Counted from the first letter of the stretch, positions 29,652 to 41,190 are shown. The stretch is 64,000 nucleotides of DNA from an uncultured Nitrospiraceae bacterium (GCA_964463965.1 CAYXED010000006.1:49920-113919), one strand, 5' to 3'. Program-made: numbers and translations. The notes: generated by a model from the sequence alone, not told the origin.

Positions 29652-29917
29652 ATGAGAAATTAGTCACTGCACGGGTATACATCACCTTGAAGAGTGGTGT
29701 TGTTGACCCTCAAGGACTTGCAGTTGAAAATGCTCTGAAGTCACTTGAATTCAATGCAGTTGTTGGTGTTCGTGTTGGAAGGGTTGTCGAACTTGATATT
29801 GTTGGTCAGACTGAAGATCTGGTTCGTAAAGATGTTTCTGCAATGTGTGAACGTCTTTTAGCAAATCCAGTCATTGAAAATTATCATGTTGAAATCCTTT
29901 CTAAGAAAGGCACTTGA
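29648..29917 (+). CDS. purS: Phosphoribosylformylglycinamidine synthase subunit PurS
   Basis: 89 aa with the [14 protein letters not shown] pattern. ATGA overlap with the nusB stop. Confidence 0.88.
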   Translation: MNEKLVTARVYITLKSGVVDPQGLAVENALKSLEFNAVVGVRVGRVVELDIVGQTEDLVRKDVSAMCERLLANPVIENYHVEILSKKGT

Positions 29918-29918
29918 A

Positions 29919-30617
29919 ATGCAGTTTGGTATTGTCGTCTTTCCTGGATCAAATTGTGATCACGACTGTTATTATGTTCTTGATAGTGTTCTTGGGCAGC
30001 GTGTTAAGTTTGTATGGCACAAATCTGCATCTCTAGATGGGATAGATGCAGTCATTCTTCCAGGAGGATTTTCGTACGGGGACTATTTGCGTACTGGGGC
30101 GATTGCGAGATGTTCTCCTATAATGAGGGAGGTTTTAGAGTTTTCAGCACGTGGAGGCCTTGTTTTAGGAATTTGTAATGGTTTTCAGATTCTTCTTGAG
30201 ATGGGACTTCTCCCTGGGGCAATGCTTAGAAACAATTCACTTCACTTCGTTTGCCGTGATACATGTATTCGTGCCGACAATGTTGATACGCCGTTTACAA
30301 GCCGCTATTCTTCTGGGCAAGTCCTCACTATGCCGATTGCACATGGGGAAGGTAATTATTTTGCTGATGATGCAACTCTCGCAGATCTTCACAAGTTTCG
30401 ACAGGTAGTATTTCAGTACTCTTCACCAGATGGAAGATTGGAGACCGAATACAATCCTAATGGTTCCTGTGATCATATCGCGGGAATTTGCAATCGTGAG
30501 CGGAATGTTCTTGGCATGATGCCCCATCCAGAACGTTGTGCAGACTCTATGCTTGGGAATGAGGATGGACAGTCCCTCTTCATCTCGATGATTGATGCAC
30601 TCACCTCAGTAGCATAG
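29919..30617 (+). CDS. purQ: Phosphoribosylformylglycinamidine synthase glutaminase subunit PurQ
   Basis: [24 protein letters not shown], catalytic GICNGFQ and MMPHPER. ATG lies 1 nt after the purS stop. Confidence 0.9.
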   Translation: MQFGIVVFPGSNCDHDCYYVLDSVLGQRVKFVWHKSASLDGIDAVILPGGFSYGDYLRTGAIARCSPIMREVLEFSARGGLVLGICNGFQILLEMGLLPGAMLRNNSLHFVCRDTCIRADNVDTPFTSRYSSGQVLTMPIAHGEGNYFADDATLADLHKFRQVVFQYSSPDGRLETEYNPNGSCDHIAGICNRERNVLGMMPHPERCADSMLGNEDGQSLFISMIDALTSVA

Positions 30618-30786
30618 TTTATTTACGACTATCCTAGGGTGTGTAATAAATGAGCTCTAGGAATCTTTCTAGTCAAATATGAAAGATAAAACTCCTTGCT
30701 TGGTGATGTGGGTAATAAGAGTCAAAACAATATGACTAGTTCTAATTGGTGCTGTCTCTAAGCTCAACAGTATGGGATAATCTTGT

Positions 30787-32970
30787 ATGCCAGAGAGTAC
30801 TTTGACAGAACGAGAATCTGACCGAGTATGTGAGTTGCTTGGGCGAGAACCTAACGAGCTTGAAATAGGTATGTTCTCAGTTATGTGGAGCGAACACTGC
30901 AGTTATAAAAGCTCAAAGCGTTATCTTAAGCGATTGCCTACTCAAGGCCCACAGGTCATTCAGGAACCAGGGGAAAATGCTGGAGCAGTCGATATTGGGG
31001 ACGGGCTTGCGGCTGTATTTAAAATGGAGAGTCATAATCATCCTTCTTTTATTGAGCCTTTTCAAGGAGCTGCAACGGGTGTCGGGGGGATTCTTCGTGA
31101 TATTTTTACTATGGGCGCACGCCCAATCGCATTACTTGACTCATTGCGATTTGGGTCTCCGGAGCACAAAAAAAATCAGAGGGTTATTTCAGGAGTTATA
31201 GAGGGCATCAGTGCCTATGGCAATTGCATAGGGGTGCCTACAGTTGGTGGAGACACAGTATTTAATGATATTTATGAACGCAATCCTCTTGTGAACGTTT
31301 TCTGCCTTGGGATTGCTAAGCATAGCGCTCTTATGCGTAGTCAGGCGGCTGGTGTAGGGAATTTTGTCATATATATTGGTGCGAAAACGGGGCGTGACGG
31401 GATCCATGGCGCCACGATGGCCTCGGATAGCTTTGATGATACATCTATTGGTCAACGGCCTACTGTACAAGTTGGAGATCCATTTACAGAGAAGCTTTTG
31501 ATGGAAGCAACGCTTGAACTTGTTGATCAAGGTTTGTTGGTTGGAGTACAAGATATGGGTGCTGCGGGCTTGACTGGTGCATCAAGTGAAATGGCAGGTG
31601 GAGCGGGCACAGGTATCGAACTAAATGTAGAGATGATTCCCAAGCGTGAGCAAGGCATGACTCCTTACGATGTAATGTTGTCAGAATCTCAAGAGCGCAT
31701 GTTATTGGTGGCGGAACCAAAACATGTCGATGATGTGTTAGCAATATGTGCTAAATGGGATGTTGATGCAGCTGTGATTGGTAAGGTTACCGATGACGGA
31801 ATGCTTAGAATTCTTGATTCAGATAGCGTTGTAGCAGAAATTTCTGCACAGGCGCTTACTGATGAGGCTATCTCTGTTGAACGTCAATCTTCACCTCCCC
31901 ATTTTCAGGAAACGTTACAGGGACTCAATTATGATTTAATGTCACTTCCAAGAGATTTTACAAGTGTATTGCTTGAACTTTTAAGCTCCCCAAACTTATC
32001 TAGTAAAGCGTGGATATATGAACAATATGATTTTATGGTTCGTACTAATACAATTATTGGTCCTGGAGCAGATGCTGCTTTACTGCGTATTAAGGGAACA
32101 TCAAAAGCTCTTGCAATTACCGTAGATGGCAACTCGTTGTATTGCCTTCTCAATCCATATGTTGGTGGGACAATTGCTGTTGCAGAAGCAGCTAGAAACC
32201 TTGCTTGCGTTGGAGCAAGTCCTCTTGGTTTAACTGATGCGTTGAATTTTGGAAATCCAGAGCGCTCTGAAACTCTGTGGCAATTGGAGCTCGTTATTGA
32301 GGGCCTTGCTGATGCGTGTCGGGCACTTGATATTCCAGTCGTAAGTGGGAACGTTAGTCTATATAATGAAACCAATGGAGTTTCTGTTTATCCTAGCCCA
32401 ATGATTGGTATGGTGGGTCTTGTCGAGTCTCTTGAACATACCATAAATCAGTATTTTGAGACTGATGGAGATATAATTCTTTTGCTTGGGGAAACTTATG
32501 ATGAACTTGGTGGTAGTGAGTATGTACGAGTGATTCACCATCGTGAGCAAGGTATTCCACCACGCCTTTCGCTTGAAAGAGAGAAGTCTCTTCATATATG
32601 CCTCCGGAAGGCGATCAAAAGTAAAATGCTTTGCTCCGCTCATGATTGTGCAGAGGGAGGACTTGTTGTAGCGATTGCTGAATCATGTATTTCGAGGCCT
32701 TTGGGGCCTATAGGAGCGTCAATTACACCTGCTGCTCCCGATATGCGTATTGATGCATTTTTGTTTGGAGAGACACAGTCACGGGCTATTGTGACTGTGC
32801 AACATTCTAATCTTGAGAAGGTAAAAGATATTGCACGGGGGGAAGGCGTTCCTGTAAGAGAAATTGGAGTTGTCGGAGGGAAAACATTGCAAGTGGGTGC
32901 ACCTGATTCGGAAAAATTGTGGATTGATGTAGACGTGGACCTTATGTATAAAGCATGGACTCAGAGATAA
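30787..32970 (+). CDS. purL: Phosphoribosylformylglycinamidine synthase subunit PurL
   Basis: 727 aa. [21 protein letters not shown] and the duplicated AIR-synthase-like domains. Confidence 0.93.
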   Translation: MPESTLTERESDRVCELLGREPNELEIGMFSVMWSEHCSYKSSKRYLKRLPTQGPQVIQEPGENAGAVDIGDGLAAVFKMESHNHPSFIEPFQGAATGVGGILRDIFTMGARPIALLDSLRFGSPEHKKNQRVISGVIEGISAYGNCIGVPTVGGDTVFNDIYERNPLVNVFCLGIAKHSALMRSQAAGVGNFVIYIGAKTGRDGIHGATMASDSFDDTSIGQRPTVQVGDPFTEKLLMEATLELVDQGLLVGVQDMGAAGLTGASSEMAGGAGTGIELNVEMIPKREQGMTPYDVMLSESQERMLLVAEPKHVDDVLAICAKWDVDAAVIGKVTDDGMLRILDSDSVVAEISAQALTDEAISVERQSSPPHFQETLQGLNYDLMSLPRDFTSVLLELLSSPNLSSKAWIYEQYDFMVRTNTIIGPGADAALLRIKGTSKALAITVDGNSLYCLLNPYVGGTIAVAEAARNLACVGASPLGLTDALNFGNPERSETLWQLELVIEGLADACRALDIPVVSGNVSLYNETNGVSVYPSPMIGMVGLVESLEHTINQYFETDGDIILLLGETYDELGGSEYVRVIHHREQGIPPRLSLEREKSLHICLRKAIKSKMLCSAHDCAEGGLVVAIAESCISRPLGPIGASITPAAPDMRIDAFLFGETQSRAIVTVQHSNLEKVKDIARGEGVPVREIGVVGGKTLQVGAPDSEKLWIDVDVDLMYKAWTQR

Positions 32971-34478
32971 TGGAAAAACTATTTTCAGAAAATGATGGGC
33001 CGGATCGCTTTCGTGATCAATGCGGAGTGGTAGGGGTGTTCGGGCATAAAGAAGCTGCCAATATAACTTATTTGGGTCTGTATGCATTGCAACATCGTGG
33101 GCAAGAAAGTTCAGGAATTGTATCAACCGATGGGAGAAAGTTTCACCAGCAGAAAGGGATGGGGCTTGTCGCCGACGTTTTCACAAAGGATCAATTAAAA
33201 AAACTTCCTGGAGATGCTGCAATTGGGCACAATCGTTATTCTACGAGCGGTGCTAGTGAGATAAGTAATGCTCAACCAGTTGCGGTAAACTTTGCATTTG
33301 GAAACCTTGCTTTGGCGCATAACGGAAATTTGCTCAATTCAGAGATGATTCGGAGTGAGCTTGAAGCATATGGCGCAATCTTTCAGTCTGGTATTGATAG
33401 CGAAGTTATCATTCATTTGATTGCGCATTCTCGTGGAAGCACCATGCTTGACAGGGTTGTGGATGCTCTTCAACAAGTTCGTGGAGCATTTTCTTTGGTT
33501 ATTCTCACTGATGATGGTTTATTTGTTGCGCGAGATCAGTATGGTATTCGTCCCTTGTCACTAGGAAAATTGAAGAATGCGTGGATTGCCGCTTCAGAGA
33601 CTTGTTCATTTGATCTGATTGGGGCTGAATTTGTGCGCGATGTTGAACCTGGAGAACTTGTTTGGATTCACGGAGGTGGCGTCAATTCTTACTATCCATT
33701 TCCTAAAACAGACCCAGCAATGTGTGTTTTTGAATATGTCTATTTTTCTCGACCTGATAGTGTAGTGGATGGCCATAGTGTCTATTCGATTCGGAAAGAG
33801 CTTGGTAGGCGGTTAGCTAAGGAATCATTAATTGACGCTGATATAGTTATTGCAGTTCCAGATTCTGGAGTTCCTGCAGCGATTGGGTATGCAGAAGCTT
33901 CTGGCCTCCCATTTGAAACAGGGCTTATACGAAATCATTATGTTGGCAGAACATTCATAGAGCCTGAACAGGAAATTAGACATTTTGGTGTTAAAGTGAA
34001 ATTGAACGCGATACATGATGTGTTGGATGGGAAGCGCGTTATTGTTGTTGATGACTCGCTTGTACGAGGTACAACAAGTCGTAAAATTGTGAAAATGATT
34101 AGGCAAGCTGGTGCGAAGGAAGTTCATTTAAGAATTTCATCCCCCCCTACACTATCTCCGTGTTTTTATGGGATTGATACACCTACAAAGGCTGAATTGA
34201 TTGCCTCAACTCACACAGAGAAAGAAATCAGACGTTATATCACTGCTGATAGTCTTTCCTATTTAAGTCTCGAAGGTATGCTGGACGCCACTCCTGGAAA
34301 ACCATCTGGCTATTGTGCCGCATGTTTTAGTGAGCGCTATCCAATTGTATTTGATGGTTTTGATGAGAAGCAACTTGCACTTTTTGAATCAGTAGAAGTG
34401 GCATCTGATAATGCGCATTCTGCTGTTGAGCCTACTGATACCTCTTCTGCTACAAACGTGCCATCGCAAAAAAGATAA
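32955..34478 (+). CDS. purF: Amidophosphoribosyltransferase
   Basis: Ntn nucleophile CGVVGVFG after a short propeptide, PRPP loop [13 protein letters not shown], and C-terminal Cys ligands (CFYGID...YCAACFS) for an Fe-S cluster. The in-frame ATG 32970 (TAATG overlap with purL) is an alternative start. Confidence 0.92.
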   Translation: MDSEIMEKLFSENDGPDRFRDQCGVVGVFGHKEAANITYLGLYALQHRGQESSGIVSTDGRKFHQQKGMGLVADVFTKDQLKKLPGDAAIGHNRYSTSGASEISNAQPVAVNFAFGNLALAHNGNLLNSEMIRSELEAYGAIFQSGIDSEVIIHLIAHSRGSTMLDRVVDALQQVRGAFSLVILTDDGLFVARDQYGIRPLSLGKLKNAWIAASETCSFDLIGAEFVRDVEPGELVWIHGGGVNSYYPFPKTDPAMCVFEYVYFSRPDSVVDGHSVYSIRKELGRRLAKESLIDADIVIAVPDSGVPAAIGYAEASGLPFETGLIRNHYVGRTFIEPEQEIRHFGVKVKLNAIHDVLDGKRVIVVDDSLVRGTTSRKIVKMIRQAGAKEVHLRISSPPTLSPCFYGIDTPTKAELIASTHTEKEIRRYITADSLSYLSLEGMLDATPGKPSGYCAACFSERYPIVFDGFDEKQLALFESVEVASDNAHSAVEPTDTSSATNVPSQKR

Positions 34479-34493
34479 ACTAACGGCATACAA

Positions 34494-36950
34494 ATGACAT
34501 TTGGTCTGAAGGGCAAGATCATTTCTGCAATGCTTGCTATTGGAGCGCTCCCTCTCTCCCTTGGGATGTATTTTGCGTATCAACAGGGAACTGATCAGCT
34601 TGAATCTGTTATCGGTACAAGCTTTGAAGCACTTTCAACTGAGACCGCAGACAAAATTGATATGGTTGTCAATGAGGAAATTGCTAGACACGCTCAATTT
34701 GTGTCCAACTCTCTTTTGATTTCTCTGGTTAGAGATCAGCTTTTTACACAAAACGCTCGTTATCATGTTCTTGACGATCAAGGAGTTGAAAATTTGTTAG
34801 CAACAACTCAAGACCAATGGAAAGTGGGCGCTGGAAATGTCGTACATAGTATTACAGGTGGACAAGTAGCAGATCTTCTTCGACGTTTTATTTCAAGTGC
34901 TCGCCGTGGCGGAGCTGTTGGTGGAGGTGGAAGCACTCACGCGTTATTTATCACGGATTCGCGTGGGGCATTACTTGCGAGTATTAACCGCTATCCAGAA
35001 TATTCAAATGCTCACACCCAATGGTGGCAACATGCCTATGATGCTGGACGTGGCCGAGTTCACCTAGGCGATGTGAAGCTTGATCCCAAACTTGATGAAT
35101 ATGTCATTCTCCTATCAACTCCAATTATGGATTTAACTGAGACAAGCGTTTTGGGCATTGTGCACCGTGTGTACGATGTTAGTGATTACTTTCAACCTCA
35201 TACTTACCCTACGAGGTTTGGAAAGTCTGGACATGTCATGCTTGTCGATTCTGAAGGGATTGTAATTAGTTGTCCGATTCTTCCCACTGGAGCATCGGTC
35301 GATGATCGAGAGCTTGTACGTGCTTCAACGGTTGCCCATGCAGGTTGGGTTAAGGCATCGAGTGATGGTCATGGCGGTGCTGAAATATCAATTCTCGGAC
35401 ATTCCCCATTAGAAGGGGTTAATCGTATGGCGAGTCAGCTTGGGACTCGTCAGTGGCATACTATGGCATGGCAGGCCTCTGAAGAGTTATTCGCACCAAT
35501 GAATAGATTGTTTCTTTGGACTGCCTCAATTGGGATCTTGGCTATGGGGTTGCTGGGGGGGTTGGGGTACTATGCAGCTTCTCGGATTGTTACCCCAATA
35601 CGAAGGTTACAAGTAAGTGCGCTACGAATTGCAAAGGGAGAATTGCATGAGCCTATTGTTATCAAGACAGGTGATGAGATAGAGCAGCTGGCAGACGACT
35701 TTAATAGTATGAATAATCAATTACAAAAGGCTTTTTCTGGCCTTGAACTTAAAGTTGAAGAAAAAACTCGGGAGGTTATGCATCTTAAGGAATACAATGA
35801 AAAAATTCTGATGAGTGTTCCAGATCTTATTCTGATTATGACTGACGATGGAACAATAGAGTATGTGAACCTTGCATTTGAGGCTATAGTTGCTCAAAAA
35901 AATACTGAAATAGTTGGGAAAAACTTTTTTGATGTACTGGCAGATGACAAGGAAGGTATTGAGTACGTTCGTGGTGAAATTGAGAGACTTTCAAAAGGTG
36001 AAGATTCTCGGCGATTTACTGAAGAAGCTGTGAGGAGAAGACCCGGCCCTCTTGCTGGGCCTTTAATGGCAGATCCTCTAGATCCTTCGAAGGAAGAACC
36101 TCAGCCTGATAGACACTATCGTGAAGTTGCCATTGCACATCGGTTTTTTCAGTGCGAATGTTTTCGAGTCATTATGCCTGGGGAAGGGACAGAACGAATT
36201 GGTTTGGCAATGAGGGATATTACTGAGGAGAGAAATCTCCAGGAAGATTTAATACGTGCAGAAAAGTTAGCAGGGTTGGGAACTCTCACAGCGGGTATTG
36301 CGCATGAATTGAATAATCCACTGTTTGGAATTATGGGGCTTGCAGAAATTATTCGAGATGATGATGATCCAGAAAACTATAAGAAAAATGCGGATGATAT
36401 TGTGTCGCATTCACGGCATATGAGTTCGGTTATCAAGACATTTTCCGGTTATGTGCGTAAGGGGGAAACTGACGAACTCGTGTTAGTTGATATTAATAAA
36501 AAATTAGACGATTCATTTAAAATGGCAGAGATGGGTATGGTCGCAAACGATATTCAGCTTGAGCGTCATTATGGGTCTATTCCCTTTGTAATGGCTAAAC
36601 CTGATGAAATTCAGCAGGTGTTTGTTAATATTATTAAGAATGCAATTCAAGCGATGGATGGTAAAGGACATCTTCGATTATCATCATCGGAAAAAAATGG
36701 CAGTGTAATGGTTGCTATTCATGATTCTGGACCAGGAATCCCAAAAGAATATGTGTCGCGACTATTTGATCCTTTTTTTACAACCAAAACACAAGGTGAA
36801 GGAACGGGACTGGGGTTAACAATTGTGTACAAAATTGTTAAAAAGTATAACGGTGATATTCAACTCGATACTGAAGAGATACACGGTACAAAGTTTGTAC
36901 TTACCTTTCCGGCTGGGGAAGTAAACAAGTTCAGCAACAAAGGGAGATGA
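34494..36950 (+). CDS. Sensor histidine kinase (Cache-like periplasmic domain, HAMP, PAS, HisKA, HATPase_c)
   Basis: 818 aa with two TM segments flanking a ~300-aa extracytoplasmic domain. HAMP PIRRLQVSALRIAKGEL...DEIEQLADDFNSM, H-box GIAHELNNPL, G-box GTGLGLTIVYKIV. Confidence 0.86.
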   Translation: MTFGLKGKIISAMLAIGALPLSLGMYFAYQQGTDQLESVIGTSFEALSTETADKIDMVVNEEIARHAQFVSNSLLISLVRDQLFTQNARYHVLDDQGVENLLATTQDQWKVGAGNVVHSITGGQVADLLRRFISSARRGGAVGGGGSTHALFITDSRGALLASINRYPEYSNAHTQWWQHAYDAGRGRVHLGDVKLDPKLDEYVILLSTPIMDLTETSVLGIVHRVYDVSDYFQPHTYPTRFGKSGHVMLVDSEGIVISCPILPTGASVDDRELVRASTVAHAGWVKASSDGHGGAEISILGHSPLEGVNRMASQLGTRQWHTMAWQASEELFAPMNRLFLWTASIGILAMGLLGGLGYYAASRIVTPIRRLQVSALRIAKGELHEPIVIKTGDEIEQLADDFNSMNNQLQKAFSGLELKVEEKTREVMHLKEYNEKILMSVPDLILIMTDDGTIEYVNLAFEAIVAQKNTEIVGKNFFDVLADDKEGIEYVRGEIERLSKGEDSRRFTEEAVRRRPGPLAGPLMADPLDPSKEEPQPDRHYREVAIAHRFFQCECFRVIMPGEGTERIGLAMRDITEERNLQEDLIRAEKLAGLGTLTAGIAHELNNPLFGIMGLAEIIRDDDDPENYKKNADDIVSHSRHMSSVIKTFSGYVRKGETDELVLVDINKKLDDSFKMAEMGMVANDIQLERHYGSIPFVMAKPDEIQQVFVNIIKNAIQAMDGKGHLRLSSSEKNGSVMVAIHDSGPGIPKEYVSRLFDPFFTTKTQGEGTGLGLTIVYKIVKKYNGDIQLDTEEIHGTKFVLTFPAGEVNKFSNKGR

Positions 36951-37372
36951 AAATGGCCTTAGGAATGCATGTCAAGGAAACAAAGGGGCGAGTGTTAGTA
37001 ATTGATGATGAGTCAGAGGTCAGACGGATTATTCGGTTTGCCCTCGAAAAACAAGGCTATGATGTTGTTGAGGCGCCGGATGGAGAAAAAGCGATCGAAG
37101 TGATACGTGCTGGAGATAACCCTCTTTTGACAGATGTGATTATATGCGATGTTCGAATGCCGAAAATTAATGGTGTCGAGGCTATTGCCTTTTTCAGAGA
37201 GCAATTCCCCTCTGTGCCTATTATTGTTTTGACTGGTTATCCTGATATGCAGTTAGCAACTTCCTTTATTAAACAAGGCGTTGTAGAGTATTTGGTTAAA
37301 CCCGTCGAGAAAGAAAAACTTGTTGAAGTAGTTGATAAGGCAATGTCAAATCGTAACCTAACAGGAGGGTAG
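36947..37372 (+). CDS. Single-domain response regulator (CheY-like receiver)
   Basis: VLVIDDE...DVIICDVRMPKING...LTGY...K receiver motifs. ATGA overlap with the kinase gene. Confidence 0.86.
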   Translation: MKMALGMHVKETKGRVLVIDDESEVRRIIRFALEKQGYDVVEAPDGEKAIEVIRAGDNPLLTDVIICDVRMPKINGVEAIAFFREQFPSVPIIVLTGYPDMQLATSFIKQGVVEYLVKPVEKEKLVEVVDKAMSNRNLTGG

Positions 37373-37428
37373 TCAGTTTCGTGTGCTATAGTAACTTAAT
37401 GGAGATGGTCTAGAAGGCCAAGCACCTC

Positions 37429-37845
37429 TTGCGTAATATCCCGGTATGTTGGAAAAGCATACTTTCGTGGTCCGTCGTCTTGTTATATGCCGCCGCAATT
37501 TTTTTTATATCATCTCAGCCGAGCGTTCTAATTGAAGAAGTTTTTATAATTTCTGGTATTGACAAGGTTTTTCACGTACTTGTATATGCGACTTTTAGCC
37601 TTTTAGTTTATTGGGCAATTGGATGTTCTTTTCCAAACGTATTACTGAGAACAAGATGCAGCTTCTCTATTATCGTCTCAGTTCTCTATGGTATCTCAGA
37701 TGAGGTTCATCAGGTATTTGTCCCAATGCGTCATGGTGACCCATTTGATGTTCTTGCAGATGCTGTTGGGGCTATTTCTGCTATCATCGTGTTACGAGCT
37801 ATCGTGACATCTTCACACGTTAGTGCGGCGGGAGTTGAAAAATGA
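37429..37845 (+). CDS. VanZ family membrane protein
   Basis: 138 aa with four predicted TM helices and the DKVFH...SDEVHQVFVPMR pattern of VanZ-like proteins. TTG start is uncertain. Confidence 0.68.
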   Translation: MRNIPVCWKSILSWSVVLLYAAAIFFISSQPSVLIEEVFIISGIDKVFHVLVYATFSLLVYWAIGCSFPNVLLRTRCSFSIIVSVLYGISDEVHQVFVPMRHGDPFDVLADAVGAISAIIVLRAIVTSSHVSAAGVEK

Positions 37846-37880
37846 CAATTAACCCAATTGTTATATAAATGGAGAGAGCT

Positions 37881-38576
37881 ATGAAAAAAGAAGCCACGTC
37901 ATCGGTAGCAGTTTTTGTTTTTGCATTGTTATGTCTTTTTGTTGTTGTGGGATGTGGTGATGGTGAGAGTGATAGTATGCTTTCCGAACCTATATCAGCA
38001 ACTGCTCCTGCCCAATCAAATGCTTCCAATGATCCTCCACCAGGATTAGATCCTGACTTGCCCGTTAATGGACCTGTAACCATGGAAGAGAAACCGATTC
38101 CGTTTACGCTAACCAGTACAGCGTTTTCGAATGGAGAGGTGATTCCATCAGAGCATGTATGTAATGACCGTGGAGGCGCAAATGTGTCTCCACCATTAGC
38201 GTGGGATTATGCCCCCGAAGGTGCGATGTCGTTTGCGTTGATTATGGATGATGAAGTGCCTCCATGCGGGGCTGGATCTGCCGCCTGTAAGCATTGGCAG
38301 GTCTACAATATTCCGCTGGATGTTACGTCGTTGGATAAGGGGCAAAATGTTGAGGAAATTACTGGAGTTACTCAAGGGGTCAATTGGAATGGGACGAGTA
38401 ACTATACCGGACCATGTCCACCCAACCCTCATACCTATAACATTACATTATTTGCATTAGACGCTTCTATGGATCCTGTTGAAGAAGGTACCCCATTAAC
38501 TCGTAGCCAATTTAAGAATAATTTTGAAGATAGTATTCTCGATTCCGTGACTTTGACCGGTACATTTGCTCCGTAG
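37881..38576 (+). CDS. YbhB/YbcL (PEBP/Raf-kinase-inhibitor-like) family lipoprotein
   Basis: Lipobox FVVVGC, then FTLTSTAF...SPPLAW...DPD-like core and the GPCPP..HTY motif of bacterial PEBP proteins. ATG 37881 follows GGAGAGAG; ATG 37869 is an alternative. Confidence 0.8.
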   Translation: MKKEATSSVAVFVFALLCLFVVVGCGDGESDSMLSEPISATAPAQSNASNDPPPGLDPDLPVNGPVTMEEKPIPFTLTSTAFSNGEVIPSEHVCNDRGGANVSPPLAWDYAPEGAMSFALIMDDEVPPCGAGSAACKHWQVYNIPLDVTSLDKGQNVEEITGVTQGVNWNGTSNYTGPCPPNPHTYNITLFALDASMDPVEEGTPLTRSQFKNNFEDSILDSVTLTGTFAP

Positions 38577-38613
38577 GGTTCTACTATATGCCTTGAAAAA
38601 GTATAGGGATTAA

Positions 38614-39981
38614 TTAATCTTTTGTGTTTTGTTTTGGATATAGTGCCTTGTTCATTGCATTTCGACCAAGAAGGGTGAGGCCGAGGGAAAATATAAGAGC
38701 AACGGGAACAAATAGGCCTGTAGCAAGTGCGGCATCTCTTATCCAACCAATATTTTGAAATGCAGAAAAGATATAGTTAGCTAAGCTAGTCACATAGTAT
38801 GAGATTATAATAAACGATAGACTTTCAACTGTACGTTGCAAAATAGCTTGTCGTTTTGTCGTTTGATCCATGCTTACAAGTAATGTAATGTTTTGTCGTG
38901 CAAGAAGTAACTCGATGCGAGCACGGATAATAGAAATGGTTCCTTCAATTGCGGAATTCATTGCATCGATTCGGCGCATGAGTTGTTTGTATCCATCTGC
39001 AATTCCGGTAATTCGTCCCACTACATACTCTGAGATTGGTCGATAGGGTGGCATTGGCTGTTCCTGAATAGACTGAATAGTTACTTTTAGAATGCTCTCA
39101 TATGGTACCGCCGCAGAAAGCTGGTATCGCATGGCTTCTGCCAGGCGGCTTACCTCAACATAATCAGCTGTCAGTTCTGTCATCCATTCGTCAAGTGCGG
39201 TAGCCGTTGAGGTAGGGAGTTGTTCAGATATTCTTCCTTTTTTAATCAAGTGATGGCGTTCAAATTCGTGAATCTCATCGATAGCTTCTGAAAAGCTGCG
39301 AAGAGGCCGAAGGATTAGATGCGTGTAGTTTTCAAGTGTGGTAATTCCATCAATTAGTTGATTAAGGTTTTGGGTAAGTGGTGGGGCTGATTGTGAATAT
39401 ATTAAATAGCGCTCGCGTTGGTTTGCATCTTCGACAAAACTTGTAATCACAGAAATATTCTCATTACAGATATGGCCACCATATAAAAATTGTCCTGGAA
39501 TCAGTTTCTGTATCTCATCAGCACTATATTCAGGATGTATTGTGACGACGATATCAAGGGAAGTAATTTGCTCTCCAAGAGGACACAGTGGAAAATGGTA
39601 ATCTGAAAATGTAATCTCGCCGAATGTAGGTTGTATTTCCTTATTGTTAATGATGTGCCAAATCTGGTATGTGTAGTATTCAGTATGAGCTTCCCATACC
39701 ACGATAAGCCTGTCTCCAGCGTCAGAGAATTTTTCCCCGTAACCAAATTTCTCTTCGATGACCACATCATTGTCTGAAATGTCTAGGCATTGCAGAACAT
39801 AACGAAACTCATCCTGGCTCTGTCGGCGTTCAATTGGGGGATTGCTCATATGGTGTGCTATATGATGAATATGCGCTGGCATATCCATCAATTCAGTCAA
39901 AAGTTTTTTAGGTTGATGGTGCACGAGGCTAAAAAAGTCGTTTTCGTGTGCTATGTCATTCATGTCAAAGGGCGTTGTCAT
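38614..39981 (-). CDS. DUF3422-like membrane-anchored protein (two C-terminal TM helices)
   Basis: 455 aa. VVWEAHTEYYTYQIW resembles the WExHTEFxTY core I associate with DUF3422. Soluble N-domain plus a C-terminal TM pair. Strong SD (AGGAGG, 8-nt spacer). Confidence 0.55.
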   Translation of the reverse strand: MTTPFDMNDIAHENDFFSLVHHQPKKLLTELMDMPAHIHHIAHHMSNPPIERRQSQDEFRYVLQCLDISDNDVVIEEKFGYGEKFSDAGDRLIVVWEAHTEYYTYQIWHIINNKEIQPTFGEITFSDYHFPLCPLGEQITSLDIVVTIHPEYSADEIQKLIPGQFLYGGHICNENISVITSFVEDANQRERYLIYSQSAPPLTQNLNQLIDGITTLENYTHLILRPLRSFSEAIDEIHEFERHHLIKKGRISEQLPTSTATALDEWMTELTADYVEVSRLAEAMRYQLSAAVPYESILKVTIQSIQEQPMPPYRPISEYVVGRITGIADGYKQLMRRIDAMNSAIEGTISIIRARIELLLARQNITLLVSMDQTTKRQAILQRTVESLSFIIISYYVTSLANYIFSAFQNIGWIRDAALATGLFVPVALIFSLGLTLLGRNAMNKALYPKQNTKD

Positions 39982-39993
39982 AAAAACCGCCTC

Positions 39994-40443
39994 CTATGGA
40001 ATGAGTTTTAGAAGGTCCGTAATCGCAATATTTTTTAGATAGGTTCGTGTTGGGCGTTTACACAGGATACGAACCTGTTCCGACTGAAGTTGACCAACTT
40101 GACATTCCCATCTGTTTTTTCCTAAGGCATTTAAACGCTTCTCTAACAGGGAGTCTTGTGGATTCTTTAAGGTTACTACTTGATATTCCCATGTACCAAT
40201 GCGCTGAATTTCGTCTCGTGCCCTTTCGAGTATATCGTCTGGGATTTTGATTTTTTCTCCAGCATCGATTGCATGTTTATATAACTGGAGTAATTCTTCA
40301 TATGTTGTTGGAGAGTGTTGAGGGAGGGGAGGATGGCTCTCGTCAGCGTAAGCGGACGAACCGGACATTATAACAATTATGAAAATAAATCCTCTAAGTA
40401 TCATTTGTTTCACATGATGATTAGTTAATAATAGCATGCTCAA
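39994..40443 (-). CDS. Secreted DUF4177-like small protein
   Basis: Signal peptide (..GSSAYA/DE). C-terminal WEYQVVTL...LNALGKNRWECQV matches the DUF4177 pattern. Its stop lies inside the SD region of the downstream DUF3422 gene. Confidence 0.5.
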   Translation of the reverse strand: MSMLLLTNHHVKQMILRGFIFIIVIMSGSSAYADESHPPLPQHSPTTYEELLQLYKHAIDAGEKIKIPDDILERARDEIQRIGTWEYQVVTLKNPQDSLLEKRLNALGKNRWECQVGQLQSEQVRILCKRPTRTYLKNIAITDLLKLIP

Positions 40444-40518
40444 AAAAACTTTGTAGAAATAATACGGTTATTTGACCCTCATGTACGCACAAGATACTAT
40501 GACAGAGGATAATTTGTT

Positions 40519-41190
40519 ATGGCAATCGATTCAACTGAAGCTGTAGAACTGAATCCTTCTGGGGATATCACCTCTAGTGTTATCTGGTTACATGGGTTGG
40601 GTGCAGATGGACATGATTTTGAATCTATTGTTCCTGAGTTAGGGGTTCTTGAAACGCATGGGGTTCGATTTGTGTTTCCGCATGCTCCACATATACCTGT
40701 TACCCTCAATGGTGGGATGGTGATGCGTGCTTGGTATGATATTCGTGATGGGGATTTAGTAAACCGTGAGGATTCTGTGGGGATTAGACAGTCATCCCAA
40801 AAGGTGCATGCGTTGATCAAGAGGGAAATTGAAGATGGCAGAGATCCACAACGTATTGTACTAGCTGGGTTTTCCCAAGGTGGTGCGGTGGCTCTTCATG
40901 CTGGCTTGCGGTATGAAGAGAGGCTTGCTGGAATTCTTGCACTTTCAACATATTTGCCTCTGTTGGAAGACTTGGAATTTGAAGCTCACCCCCAAAATGA
41001 AGGTGTGCCCGTTTTTATGGCTCATGGAAGCGAGGATCCTATCATACCGTTGATGCGTGCAGAACGGTCTAAGGCAGCATTGGAGGCTCGTGGGTACCCT
41101 GTTGAATGGCATAATTATACTATGCAACATTCTGTTTGTATGCAAGAAGTGCAACATATTGCAGCATGGCTTAGATGTGTTCTTGCATGA
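40519..41190 (+). CDS. Phospholipase/carboxylesterase family alpha/beta hydrolase
   Basis: 223 aa. WLHGLGADG, nucleophile elbow GFSQGGA, and a C-terminal HGSEDPIIP...H triad context. Confidence 0.85.
   Translation: MAIDSTEAVELNPSGDITSSVIWLHGLGADGHDFESIVPELGVLETHGVRFVFPHAPHIPVTLNGGMVMRAWYDIRDGDLVNREDSVGIRQSSQKVHALIKREIEDGRDPQRIVLAGFSQGGAVALHAGLRYEERLAGILALSTYLPLLEDLEFEAHPQNEGVPVFMAHGSEDPIIPLMRAERSKAALEARGYPVEWHNYTMQHSVCMQEVQHIAAWLRCVLA

Noticed and set aside
30618-30786. Purine, ZTP or guanine riboswitch in the 169-nt purQ-purL gap
   Set aside because: No conserved riboswitch cores were seen, only a short CCTAG/CTAGG pairing.
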